Shown here: positions 34,401-47,025 of the stretch, one piece after another
Layout: every line of letters begins with the position of its first letter
Position numbering within the stretch: the first letter of the stretch is position 1
Assembly: GCA_009103225.1 (NCBI GenBank)
Contig: RHPI01000818.1
Span: 1-64,000, forward strand
DNA from: Chlorokybus atmophyticus
Taxonomy: Eukaryota; Plantae; Mesostigma and Chlorokybus algae
Direction: 5' to 3'
DNA: 64,000 nt
Translations under genes and position numbers: made by a program
Notes under the pieces: generated by a model
Databases searched by the model: none
Seen by the model: the letters and a program-made list of their open reading frames with translations, nothing else
What the model was told of the DNA's origin: nothing

Positions 34401-34638
34401 GTATCACACATCTGCATACTAACCCACTACCACTACTTCTTGCTCTTCCTCTTCGACCGCCGCCGCCTCCACCACCGCCGCCGCCGCCTGCTCACCGCCA
34501 TTCCACAGGCGGGAGATCACAACCCAAAATCTACCAAGGCATGAGCGGTACAGTTTGTACGCTCATGCTGTGTGCCGGTACGCGAGGTGCGTACCGAAAC
34601 CCTAAACTTTTGTGGGATGTCAACAAATGTGGTGCGGT

Positions 34639-35047
34639 GGGTAAGTGTACCATTCTTCGGCCGATAAGCGTCAACTGAATGGTATACGCTACCATTTAGG
34701 GCCGTCACATTGGAAAATTATCTACAAGAAACGGCGCAACTTTCTATCCAATTTGTGGTTTATTTGAGGCAGTGTAGCGCCGGCTATGGCCTGGCACAGA
34801 ACGATGGTAGCACAGTCGGGCATCAGCCGTACTGTTTCTCAATTTCGGACGACCGATGCCCACCTGCAAGAATGGCCGCCGGTTGGCAACGCGCGAACAG
34901 AAAAGTGCTTTTCCCATCAAGTTAGGTACGGCGGCGTCACTTGCAGGTCACAAAAACAGTGTCGCGCACTGCTAACGGGCATGGCCGAGCCCGGTCGGGT
35001 AGCATCGTTCGAAGTTACGAAATGACCGAAGTTAGGTACACTTACCC
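34639..35047. mobile_element. 409-bp MITE related to the element at 36938-46269
   Basis: TIRs GGGTAAGTGTACC..CTTCGG (20/24 match). 34830-35047 is similar to 46060-46269. No TSD found. Confidence 0.75.
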
Positions 35048-37716
35048 TAAGCAAGCAGTCGTGGGCTTAGACTTACACTTCAGGCGGTGGGCCACTTCGG
35101 GTTCCTCAGCCATTTTGTTTTCCAGCTCTTTAAATGGCCGAAACTAACGTGGCCCGATATCGTTGTATTAGGGTCTGCTGATGTTGCGGTCAATATCATT
35201 AGAAACCGACAGACCATCTGCTAATGTCTATTGTCAGTGGTGACACCGAAGTCAAGAGCCGTCATTCAAGACTTGGGGTCTTTCGCGATATCTAGTGCTG
35301 GCTGCGCGCACTGTCGTGTTGTGTTGCAATTATGATTAACATGATTTCGCGAAAGCATTCTCTACTATCAGACGAGACTGTGAGAAGCCGGTTAGGGACC
35401 GGTGGTGGCGCAGTTACCACCGTCGTCCACGTGGCCTGTGCCGAAAACGTTAGCACCAAGCACCGCTCATGCCCACCCGAGGAGGCAATAAGCAACATTC
35501 ATTGTGTGATAAGCACGCCATGCATCGATCACTTTTTAAGTCAATAGACATTTTTGTATTAAGTATGCTTGAAGTGATGGCGGCTCCCAGGCACCTTACA
35601 ACTGAGCCCAATTTTTATACCCTTGTCACTGGTCTTATCCAGCTAGGCATGCAATAACAATTGAGCTTATTAACCACTACATGGTTAATAATGCACATAC
35701 TATATGCTAGCAATAGCCACACTAAGGCGTCCTCCCTAATTAATTACAGTCACATTCCGTAATAAGACCTGTGGCTACCTGCTTCATTATGCCTGTCACA
35801 TGGTTGAATAATTTACCAACATTATTTTTACTAGCGGTGCGGCTGATTGGGCAGGGCGGCTGGCATTAGGGCACACGCAAAACTCACCCCCCAAGGGCAT
35901 CACATGCGGCACCTGCGACTGCCGTGCTGCGCGGCCCGCATGCCGCTCATTGGCTAGGCGGCATTTATCATCTATCAGCCAATCAATCTGCAAGATACAG
36001 ATCTCGACCGTCCAAAGCACATCCCCACTTCATGCAACTGCTTAAATTGTATGAAAATGAATATCAATAATGAGCACAATGTGCACGATGCACATGCCGG
36101 CATATTGTTGCATATTGCCCATATGATTTGAGATGTAACACTTATTTACGGCGGCAAAACAATATATCTGATGTGTTGCAATATGAAGCACATATGTTGC
36201 GATACAAAGTACATATGGTGCAATATAGTGCGATATGGCTAGCAACCTGCAGTTAAGTGTTACAAAACTTGATATTCAGAGAAACGTTCACGCCACGGTA
36301 CGTGCAAAGACACTTAGTAAGTAATGCCAAGGTTACAACCATCACAATAATGCTAACCTAAATTACCTTAACGTAAGATTCAACTGAGCGAAAATCCGCA
36401 TGGTCAGGCCACCATTTGGTCGCGCATGGATTTGATCAAATGGGATCGCAACGGTGACAACAGCCGTTGCTATAAAAGGCAGCGAATTGGCCAATCATTA
36501 CAGAGATGCACAAAGGATGCTGAAACTATCTCGGCGGCAACTGCTTGCCATAAACGACCCAAATTGGCTAGCAATTCGGTGCAATTGCAGCACAGTTAAT
36601 GGTTAAAACGGCCGCGCTTGGCGGTACGAGGTCGGGACAGGCCCCATACCCCGAAGACATGCCGCCACTACTTACCCTCGTTCTAACTGATTCACTCTAC
36701 CCTTTAACGCTAATTGATTACACGCTATAGTTACTGCGTCACCAAACATGGTCAACAGCCGAACTACATCAACACCTATCGGCCGTTGATGCAGTAACTC
36801 GGTACCGCCCTTTCATCGGACGGTCTTCGCGTCGTCGTCGTATTTTAATTGGGCCGCTCACTGTTTCGCCGCCGAGCACCCGTCTGGTGCTCACAAGACA
36901 GCGTGCACTATCCGACTTGCTCGCGATAGGGACGCAGGGCAAGGTGTCCCAACTTCGGACACTTTTCACTAGTAAGCATCTACTGGACAGCCCATGGCAA
37001 GTTTGACGGTGCTGTCAACGCAGGTTTTTATTTGGTAGTTCGGGCCCTTAACGGAGTAAAGACACCGTCGGGCCCGAGAATTTCGGGGAAAACACCCAAG
37101 TTACGGTGCCTCCGGCACCGTATTCTTGTGGTTGTCGACCCCACTTCGGGGTCGCGATTGGGGTTTCCTCCTCAATTTCTCCGCGTCGTTAACATACAGA
37201 CACTTAATACCTAACGTGTCGATTGCATTGACGTTGGTTAATGTTCAGGACCCTTGCGCCTGCGCGCCTTTACCGGCGTCAAGCAGGGCGTTGGTGGCGG
37301 CCGCAATTTGCAGAGCCACCGGCGCAGCAGCCTGTAGGCCCATCTACTCAAGCCTCCTGCCTCGTCGGCGTTGAGGGCGTTAAGGGCGGCGGCTGTGTGG
37401 CCGCCGGCGCAGCCTGCACTGAGTGGCTGTGTGGTCGCCTGCGCAGCGACTGTGACTTAGGGTGAGTAGCAGCATGCAATGTGCTGATGTTGTTGTTGTT
37501 GCTGCTGCTGGTAGCTTTCTCTCTATCCCAACATGTGGTTATTGTTTCTTTGGCGCTGATGCTTTCCTCTTCCCCCATGCAAGTGTTGTTCTGAAGGTTA
37601 TTGTTATTGTTATTGTTATTGTTATTGTTGTTGTTGTTGGTGGTCATGCTCACATTATTGTTTGCTGCATGTTAGGACTTGCATCACACTTGCTTATAAT
37701 GAGTCTCACTGTGCAG

Positions 37717-38200
37717 GCGATAGCAAAAGCATCGGCAATGGCGAAGAGGAAAGCAGCAGCATCTCCCAAGGAAGTTGACACCACCTCAGCATCCGTGTCA
37801 AGGGCAATAAAAAGTATCAAGCGTGCTGAGACATTGGTACGCACTGGATCTGGGCAAATGGCATTACGAGAACTGCGCGTCAAGCTCGGCCGCTCCAAGG
37901 TTGGAGAATGTGTATGTGTTTGTATGCACACATACTCTGTGCAATATGTGATGTTGACTTCAACTTTTCCATGTGCAGAACCACAATGCGGAAGTCTTTG
38001 AGAAGAATGATGATGGCACTCCCATGACAGCAAAGCAACGCCAAGCAAAGCGTCGCAATTGCTGCTTATGCGGCAAGCTGACCACATACTATTGCACTCA
38101 GTGTTCTGTGCGAAGTGCTCACAATGAACTCACAGACTGGCGTCTGTGGTTTTGTCATACCAAGTGCTTCAACTCCTTTCATTCGCGGCGTGAGTATTGA
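37717..38200 (+). CDS. Small two-exon basic protein with a C-terminal piggyBac-CRD-like zinc-binding domain
   Basis: MAKRKAAASPK... followed by KRRNCCLCGKLTTYYCTQCSV...LWFCHTKCFNSFH. Confidence 0.65.
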
Positions 38201-39794
38201 ACCAAAGCATTGTGCATGTAGCCTTGTAGCCTACATGTAGCCTTGTACTTGTTGTTATTGGCACTACTTGAGGGGGGTATTGTACACAACTTTAATTGAT
38301 ATGGTGGTGGTGAATGCGAGTGCAAGTTGACGCACGGATGCAAGTGTATGACGCGAATGTAGGTCCACCAATGCATGCCCACTTTGCATACGTGTTACAA
38401 ACCTTGACTTAGTCATAAACCCCCACCCCCACCCCCACCTCCACCTTCACCCCCACTTCTTCCTCACACACGTGCACGCGCATGCATGCCGCATAAGCTG
38501 CCCGTGCAATATGCACGCATACTTGCACATGTATCCGACACGCTTGGTCGCTCAAAAGTTGACACCCTCCATGTCTCGTTTCACATGCATAAGACAACCG
38601 TCTTGCTATATGGGCACATGTTCCAACCACTTGAACACATATAGAAAAGTTTGGGCTAAACCTTTTACACTCTTGCTTCCCCAACAACACGGCACTTTGT
38701 CTTGCAGTCATGACCGCACAAATCACTCAACAATGGCGGCCATGGATACTCCTTGGTGTTCTTGAACTTACATGTCTTGCTGTGTTCGCTGGTATGGCGC
38801 TGCACTCGTGCGCTCCCCTGCCCACGCTTGTAATGATAGCATTGCTTACAGGTTCGCTGCACACCATTTCCGCCAACGCCGGTGCCTCGGTGGGTAGTGC
38901 GCATAGGTCCGCCTGAGCTAGGTTGTTGAGGTTGTTCTGTCGCGGGTGCAGCCGTGTGTCCGGTTGCTGGCGGAGGTGGCATGTTGGATGTTGTGGTAGG
39001 GTGCGTAAAAAAGGTCTGCATTGCACGAGTTACAATAGTGAACTCGTTGCTGATGAGCTCTTTCACAAGCTTTTTTTCATAAGCTCGGAGATGATGTTTG
39101 CATTTCCAAAAGAGCTGGCTTTCTTGCTGTAGGGCCACATGTTCAGCTAGCTTGAGATTCCACTCGCGGCACATGCTCTCCCAATCGGTGCCTTTTTCGG
39201 TTGTGAAGTCCGGGTACAACTCGGACCACAACCGCCTTTCGTCCTCAGTGGTTACATGACGGGCAAAGTTCAACGGTTTCTTCTTGCGAACAATGGCTTT
39301 ACGCACCTGCAGATTGCGCTGCTTGAACCGCGCAATAGTAATATTGCCTTGACCAACCGCAAAACACATAACCACAATAGTTGGAAGGTGTGTTGGTTGA
39401 GCTTGAGCTCGACTAGCTCACCTGCTCCAAGAGGCGACCTAGTTGAGGCTGACCCTGATCTCCATGGCTGCCGCTGAGCTGGTGAACAAGGCGGGCGCGG
39501 TGACATACTCATGCGCCGCGTGGCCCGCGCAAGCTCTTCAGGTGAACGAAGTTGACGTGGTGATATGCTCATGCGTCGCGTGGCTTGTTGAAGAACTTCA
39601 ATATCATCAATCCCTTAGTTGACGAGTGGATTGTTGCTTTTTGCCTGTACACAACCAACATGGAAAGCAAGTACATATGTGTGTGCTATATGCTTGCGTG
39701 CAAGCGTGTAGGTATTTTACTAGCTCATCAGCATCGGCTATAAGAGTGTGCGTGTCTGTAAGTGTGCTCCATGTGAGAGGAGGGAGGGGGTGTT

Positions 39795-41192
39795 TACTTA
39801 CATGCTCATCGGCTGTACCGTCACGCCAGTGGCACAGGCTGCGGCATGGGCGCATTGACCTGCACATGCTTTTGTGTGTTACATGCATGCATGTATGCGT
39901 GCGTGCGTGCGCATGCGCAGAGGCTGGCGAGCTGGCGGCCTTGTCTATATTGTGTTTGTGGGTGTGCTGCGTGTGAGAGAAGGTTGTGCAAGCATGCACT
40001 TACATGCTGAGCTGTAGCAGCGCGCGGTGCCATCGGCACGAGCTGCTGAACTGGTGCATTGACCTGCGCGTACGTGCAAATGTGTGCGTGTGCGTGTGTG
40101 TGTGCCCGTGTGTATGTTGCGTGCGTGCGTGCGTGTCTACATGCGTGCATGGTCGTGCATGTGCCCGGGCGTGTGAGGAGGCCAACGGGCTGGCGTATGC
40201 ATGTGTGTAATGCATGCGAGAGTTAGTGCACTTACATGCTTAGGTGTAGCAGCGCGCTGCGCCACTGGCACTGGCTTTGGCATGGACGCATCGACCTGCA
40301 CGACGTGTGGGTGTGGGTGTGGGCATCATGCATGATGCGCGTGCGTGCGTGCTTGCGTGCGTGCTCGCAACATACAACCGTGCACTTACATGCTCAGCTG
40401 GAGCAGCGCGCCGCGCTATTGGCACGGGCTGCGGCATGGACGCATCGACCTGCACGACGTGTGGGTGTGGGTGTGGGTGTGGGCATCATGCCACATGCGT
40501 GTGCATGTGCATGTGCGTGTGCGTGTTGCGTGCATGCGTTCATACGCGCGTGTGTGCGCGTGCATGCGTGCAACCGTGCGTGCGTGTGCACTTACATGCT
40601 CAGCTGGAGCAGCGTGCCGCGCCATTGGCACGGGCTGCATGGGCGCATCGACCTGCACGACGTGTGGGTGTGGGTATGGGTATGGGTGTGGGTGTGCGTG
40701 TGGGTGTGGGTGTGGGTGTGGGTGTGGGTGTGGGCATGCGTGTGCATGTGCGTGTGCGTCTATGTGTTGCATGCATGTGCATGCGTTCATATGCTTGTGC
40801 GTGAGTGCGTGTATTGCGTGTGTGCGCGTGCAAGGCTGGCGGCTGATGGGCGTGTGTGTATGTGTGTGTTGCGTGCATTCGTGCAAGCGTGCGCAAGCGT
40901 GCGCGTGCGAGGCTAGCGGGTATGTGTTGTGTGCGTGCATTCATGCACATGGGTGCGTGCATGCTTGCGATCATGCGTTCATGACTGTGCATGTGCATGA
41001 GCGTGCGAGGAGGCTGACGGGCTGGCGTATGCATGTGTGTGCTGCATGCGAGGCTGGCGACCTGGCGGCCTTGTCTATGTGTATGTGGATATGCTGCGTG
41101 TGAGAGGAGGTTGTGCAAGCATGCACTTACATGCTCTGCTGTAGCAGCGCGCGGTGCCATCGGCACGGGTGGCGGCACGGGTGCATCGACCT
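39795..41192 (-). repeat. Array of six duplicated ~60-nt exon-like units separated by CA/TG-rich introns
   Basis: Each unit reads (T/C)GCAG|GTC(G/A)ATGC...AGCAT|GTAAGT on the - strand and encodes VDA.MP.PVP.A.RAA.AEH-like peptides. Confidence 0.8.
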
Positions 41193-41363
41193 GCAAATAC
41201 ATGTACGTGTGTGCACGCATCCCTGCCTGCGCATGTGCGTGCATGCTTGAACGTGTGCATGCGCATGCGAGGCGGGCTGGCGCGCGTGCATGTGCGTGCA
41301 TGTGCGCATGCGTGCGTGCGTGCATCATGCTGTTATGCATCTGTTTGTGTACGCAGTGCGAGT

Positions 41364-41367
<4 letters not shown>

Positions 41368-41454
<87 letters not shown>
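41368..41454. repeat. (AG)n microsatellite running into an assembly gap
   Basis: Direct reading. Confidence 0.98.
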
Positions 41455-44400
41455 NNNNNNNNNNNNNNNNNNNNNNNNNNNNNNNNNNNNNNNNNNNNNN
41501 NNNNNNNNNNNNNNNNNNNNNNNNNNNNNNNNNNNNNNNNNNNNNNNNNNNNNNNNNNNNNNNNNNNNNNNNNNNNNNNNNNNNNNNNNNNNNNNNNNNN
41601 NNNNNNNNNNNNNNNNNNNNNNNNNNNNNNNNNNNNNNNNNNNNNNNNNNNNNNNNNNNNNNNNNNNNNNNNNNNNNNNNNNNNNNNNNNNNNNNNNNNN
41701 NNNNNNNNNNNNNNNNNNNNNNNNNNNNNNNNNNNNNNNNNNNNNNNNNNNNNNNNNNNNNNNNNNNNNNNNNNNNNNNNNNNNNNNNNNNNNNNNNNNN
41801 NNNNNNNNNNNNNNNNNNNNNNNNNNNNNNNNNNNNNNNNNNNNNNNNNNNNNNNNNNNNNNNNNNNNNNNNNNNNNNNNNNNNNNNNNNNNNNNNNNNN
41901 NNNNNNNNNNNNNNNNNNNGGGGACATGAGGGGGAACATGCATGTGCGCAACAATGGTAAACGGGGAGAAGCAATCATGTGTGCACTTGCACCTCATCGT
42001 CTAGAATGTGCGTCACCCACTCTTCACCCTCCACTCGTGCTTCTCCTGAAGCATCTCGTTCTTTAAGCGCTTGAAAGAGTTGTTCCATAACAGGTGGAGC
42101 ATGGTCCATGCCTAATCGCTCATCAATCTCCAATGATGTAATGACCTCCTATTGCGGAAATGGATTTCTCCAGCCTTGTTTGTCATATAACATGTGCACC
42201 TTCTATTGCCAGACATGACAAGTGGTAATGTTAACACAAGGCAATAACAGCAACCGACAACGACACGTTCGATTAGTTGTATATTGTGTTACAATTGAAG
42301 TACTTACTTGCACGAGGCGATGGTCATAAGTGCCGTAGTCCACATTACCCAGGTTGTGAATACCGCTACGTGTGTTGTGACGGTCAATGTAATCCGTCAC
42401 GATGAGTGCAGCCAATGCAGCTGATGTGTTGGTTCCTTGCACGCTGCCTCGCAGCAACCTATGAAATCCCTCCAACGGGGAAGTTCCCCTTGCACACATG
42501 TAGCGCGGCTGATTGCCCTCTTTGTTGATGTTAAAGTACAAGCGCACTCCCTCNNNNNNNNNNNNNNNNNNNNNNNNNNNNNNNNNNNNNNNNNNNNNNN
42601 NNNNNNNNNNNNNNNNNNNNNNNNNNNNNNNNNNNNNNNNNNNNNNNNNNNNNNNNNNNNNNNNNNNNNNNNNNNNNNNNNNNNNNNNNNNNNNNNNNNN
42701 NNNNNNNNNNNNNNNNNNNNNNNNNNNNNNNNNNNNNNNNNNNNNNNNNNNNNNNNNNNNNNNNNNNNNNNNNNNNNNNNNNNNNNNNNNNNNNNNNNNN
42801 NNNNNNNNNNNNNNNNNNNNNNNNNNNNNNNNNNNNNNNNNNNNNNNNNNNNNNNNNNNNNNNNNNNNNNNNNNNNNNNNNNNNNNNNNNNNNNNNNNNN
42901 NNNNNNNNNNNNNNNNNNNNNNNNNNNNNNNNNNNNNNNNNNNNNNNNNNNNNNNNNNNNNNNNNNNNNNNNNNNNNNNNNNNNNNNNNNNNNNNNNNNN
43001 NNNNNNNNNNNNNNNNNNNNNNNNNNNNNNNNNNNNNNNNNNNNNNNNNNNNNNNNNNNNNNNNNNNNNNNNNNNNNNNNNNNNNNNNNNNNNNNNNNNN
43101 NNNNNNNNNNNNNNNNNNNNNNNNNNNNNNNNNNNNNNNNNNNNTTCCCCCCTTTCCCCCCTTGCACACTTAATGCAGTTGCACTTGCTCAGGCGTCTTT
43201 TTTGCCACATTCAACAACCACTCTCGCAAAGCTTGCTCTTTTTCTTTGTCCGGCTCAAACATGGCTTGACGCAACTCACCCAAAAAACGCGCTGCACAAA
43301 TAGCACCCCAAGTTGTTAAGGATATAATGCAATGACATAATAAACAATTATGTGCGACACCTTTCAATGGGCTTGAGTCCGGAATCAGACGCGCATAACG
43401 GTCCATAAAATGCCAAGGGTCCTCTTTCACAACCAAACTTGCACTCCCAAAAGCACGAAGGATCTCTTCCATGTTGGCAGTGTTGTCGCAATACACCACA
43501 CGTAACGGCTAACCACAAACAAATATGTGAGTCACATGTGCTATTAATGTTAACACGCACAGTGATTTTGCACCAGTATGCAAGTGTGTACCCGGTTGTT
43601 CTTTGTGTAAAAATCTCGGTGTACTATCTTACGCAGCGATGATTCAACTTCAGACATCGCGGATGATGTCGCAAAGTACCACCCGATCACCTGCACATCC
43701 ACAAAAAAAGCCAAGTATATCCAGCAATTTTCATGCGTGGAAGGGCGGAGAGGCGGGGTGGGGGGGCCGGGAGGGGGGTTCACTAGTAAGCATCTACTGG
43801 ACAGCCCATGGCAAGTTTGACGGTGCTGTCAACGCAGGTTTTTATTTGGTAGTTCGGGCCCTTAACGGAGTAAAGACACCGTCGGGCCCGAGAATTTCGG
43901 GGAAAACACCCAAGTTACGGTGCCTCCGGCACCGTATTCTTGTGGTTGTCGACCCCACTTCGGGGTNGGCTTGTTGCCACGCTTGGCGTTCTTGACTATT
44001 TTAACATATGCAGCAAGTAGATAATCTCCGCTAGGCACATAACCCCTATAGCCTTTGGGGTTCTCAAAAGTGCCAAATGGTGCTGGAGCGGGTATGGTAG
44101 AGCGGTACGCTGCAAAACCAGCACTGGCTTGATGGAGATGCTCCCAAACGTCCGAGTATGCCAAAAGCGCCTGTAGCTTCCCACATTAAGTGAGCGAGCC
44201 ATACATGTCAACTCAAGTATCGTATATGAGTGCTCATGTATATGAAAAACCTTAAGTAGCGAGTAGTAGTTCACCTTTGTGTATGCGGTGTAATGGCTCT
44301 CTTTTAATTGATCTCCAATTTCGGAAGCGGATTGCCCGGCCACGACAGCTCGCGAGATGTGGTCATAAACGGCCTCGTCCATTCCCGCGCGATATGTTAA

Positions 44401-45521
44401 GACAATATTGAGTTCCTCTTGCACGAAGGATGGCAATTGCTTCACAATGCGCTCATCGTATGTGAAGCACGTGAAGTCTCGATCATTGTTGCCTGCACCC
44501 GAATAAAAGAACAATGTTACATGCAAGCAACTACTGGCTACCAACATAGTTGACTTATTGATGATACATACCTTTGCATTTCTTGCATCGAAGACACATG
44601 CCAAACAACCAATCATTGCCATTGACTGCAGTGATCTTTCGCATGCGCTTGTACCATCCATCCGATGTCATAAAATCTTCTTGCAACACGGGCACAAGTA
44701 ACTCTTCACAAAAACATTGAAGAATATGTGCGGCGCCCAATAAGTCACCTATATAGCATCAAACAACTTTTGAACAAGCTCATATGCATGCAAGTATACA
44801 GAGCAAGTGCATGCTTGCATGTGCGTGTGTGAGCACACCATAAAGCAAGTTAGTGTGCACACTCGGAGTTATCAACAAAGCACTTACACCCGCCTTTTTA
44901 GTAGAACGCCGTCGGTGAACACGTCTTGCGCAACATTGTCATTAATGGGTTTGTAAGCGGCAGCCGAATGTTAGGCCACACCGTAGAGTCAAGAGGCGTT
45001 GAAAGAGACCAAGCCTTTGTGAAAGCATCGCGCTTCACGATTGGAAGGTGCTTCTTCACTCGCTGAAGGGCTTCATCGTATATTGGATGCCCGGCCTCTA
45101 TCTCCTGCTCTCCTTGCTCTACACGCACGCACGCACGCACGGACACACACACATGATGTTACAATGGTGGTGTAGTGGTAATGTGAGCATTTTAGCAAGG
45201 CTTATTACATTTCTCACACCTTGTTGCCCTTGTTCCACATTGTGTGGCGGATCAGATGAGGAAGGAGGAGCTGGTTGGTAGTATGGCGGCGTTGATGAAG
45301 GAGGAGGAGGCGCCATGGCATTTGCCCCTCACAAGCTTAAGCCCCAAACTATGATCTACACCCCTCCTACCTCCTTAAGAAACCTTACCTTCTTTACCTC
45401 CTTCTCTCCCTCTCTCCCTCACATCTATGCCGCCACGCGGCCACGCCACCTCCACAACGCCGCCGTCATTACCAGCTGCTACAATACTGATCTAGGGTTT
45501 GAGGCAAGTATTAGCGGTTCA

Positions 45522-45588
45522 TCTAATTAGCAGACAGTCCATCTAATTGGAGGTTGCCTCCAATTAGATGGACTGTCTGCTAATTAGA
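45522..45588. other. Perfect 32-bp inverted repeat with a 3-nt loop, upstream of the putative transposase
   Basis: TCTAATTAGCAGACAGTCCATCTAATTGGAGG-TTG-CCTCCAATTAGATGGACTGTCTGCTAATTAGA. Confidence 0.95.
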
Positions 45589-47025
45589 GGGTCCTCGACT
45601 AGCTTTGAAAACGTCGAGGCACGCCGTGTAGGGCCCGCGATGTAGGGCTAGAAACTAGATAAGAATATGCCGTTGGTCCGACCAAATAGCCGAAAAAAAT
45701 AAAACAAAAACAGCTCCACTATCGGCCGACCAACCGGTCCGGTCGTGTTTGAACAAAAGGCCGCTACTGTCGGCCAGCTGACCGGCGGTCAGCGTGGCCT
45801 TAACGCTTGATTGTATTCGGTCTTGTATTTACTCGGCGGGGAGCAGGGCGGTCGTCGATGCTTTGTATTTGGTCGACCAAATACAAAGCATGACCAAATA
45901 CAACACCGTTCCTTGCTACCCGACGCACCACGCCTTCCCCTACTAACGCAGCATGAAAGGTCATGAAATGCCCTATTTTTAAATACATTCACTTTAAGTA
46001 TTCATGGTCTCTGCCGGCATATATGACTGGCACAAATCGGCTGCCCCACACCCGGGCATTCTCCGTACGCGTTCTCAAATTCGGACAAGCGATGCCCATC
46101 TGTTATCAATCCTGCGTTATACAGTGCGCGACCCTCGAGTGTCCCTGGGTTCTTATTTTTCTAGTACGACGGCGACACTCAGAGTGTCGCGCACTGCAGC
46201 TGGCAAGGTTGGGCGCGGCGGGGCAGGCTGTCCGAAGTTGAGATCAGTCCGAAGTTAGGGCACCTTACCAGATACATCTCGCGACATCAGCAGTGTCGAC
46301 GACAGACGTCGTCGTTACAGGCGAGGAAATGTTGCCACATTGGCGGCTCGCAAAACACTACAGCAGCTTCATCCAACGGTCAGGCCTAATGATCGGCCCC
46401 TGATCAAAGTGGCCCATCGCCTGACTTGTGCCCACAACTCGAAGGCCGTCGGTAGCCAATAACAGCGTACACTATGTTACCTATGTTTCTGTGCATGCAT
46501 AAGGCTTTGGGCCGGTTTGCACGACGTGACATTGAATCGCTGGCCCGTACACTACTACCAAGCGTGCTCTATGTCACCACAAACAATGAGCGGGCTCATA
46601 TGTGCGATCTGTGCCTGTATGTACAACTGTGAATGAAGATGACCGATATACAACCACCAGTTATGTTTAGCTGGCGTTGTGGACATCGTCCAAAGTGGTG
46701 GCCATACCCAACGCTCTACAGTGATCGTGGTGCAACTAGAATGAACAAAACAACAACAACACAAACCCCGAGACAACCGCTTGGCTGCACAAAAGCGGCA
46801 TGACACCGCTGGTAGCTTCAAAGGTGCCTCGCAGTAGCCAAGTAGAGGAGTGTACGGTGGTGCTGAATCAACAAAGCTCTGCAAACTTACTTTCCAAAAC
46901 TAAGTACACGGCTGTGTGCACCTCAGTTATACATACAGTCTCTAACAACAACAAATTGATCAATTGGACAGCTCTAAATTTCCAACACATCAGGTGACTG
47001 ACCTTTTGCAATGTACAGCTCCGCC

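Larger units (their letters stand above)
23707..34624 (+). mobile_element. Large Mutator-like (MULE) DNA transposon with cargo, two convergent genes and a nested retroelement
   Basis: Perfect 36-bp inverted repeat (23707-23742 and 34589-34624) with weaker similarity extending inward and a few bp outward. A MULE-SWIM transposase lies inside. Exact termini and TSD are not certain. Confidence 0.75.
38665..45316 (-). pseudogene. Multi-exon putative DDE transposase, DUF6729-like; intactness uncertain
   Basis: FGTFENPKGYRGYVPSGDYLLAAY, VIGWYFATSSAMSEVESSL, VYCDN...VKEDPWHFMDRY (DxxH), YMCARGTSPLEGFHRLL...RHNTR...YGTYDHRL and EDERRLWSEL...DWESMCREWN...WKCKHHLRAYEK. The family name comes from recalled motifs, not a search. 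Confidence 0.6.
36938..46269 (-). mobile_element. ~9.3-kb TIR DNA transposon of unclear superfamily (DUF6729-like putative transposase plus a convergent zinc-finger gene)
   Basis: 23-bp TIRs GGCAAGGTGTCCCAACTTCGGAC and revcomp GGTAAGGTGCCCTAACTTCGGAC (20/23, all transitions). Two convergent genes inside. Spans two N gaps. Confidence 0.7.

Noticed and set aside
39600-43320. Long ORFs in the track rich in C/V/A/H/T, ER/SL or X
   Set aside because: They result from CA/TG and AG microsatellites and N gaps.
43779-43966. 188-bp direct repeat of 36965-37152, suggesting LTRs or a nested element
   Set aside because: It is identical, interrupts the transposase exons and ends exactly at a single N, so it is most likely a scaffolding artefact.
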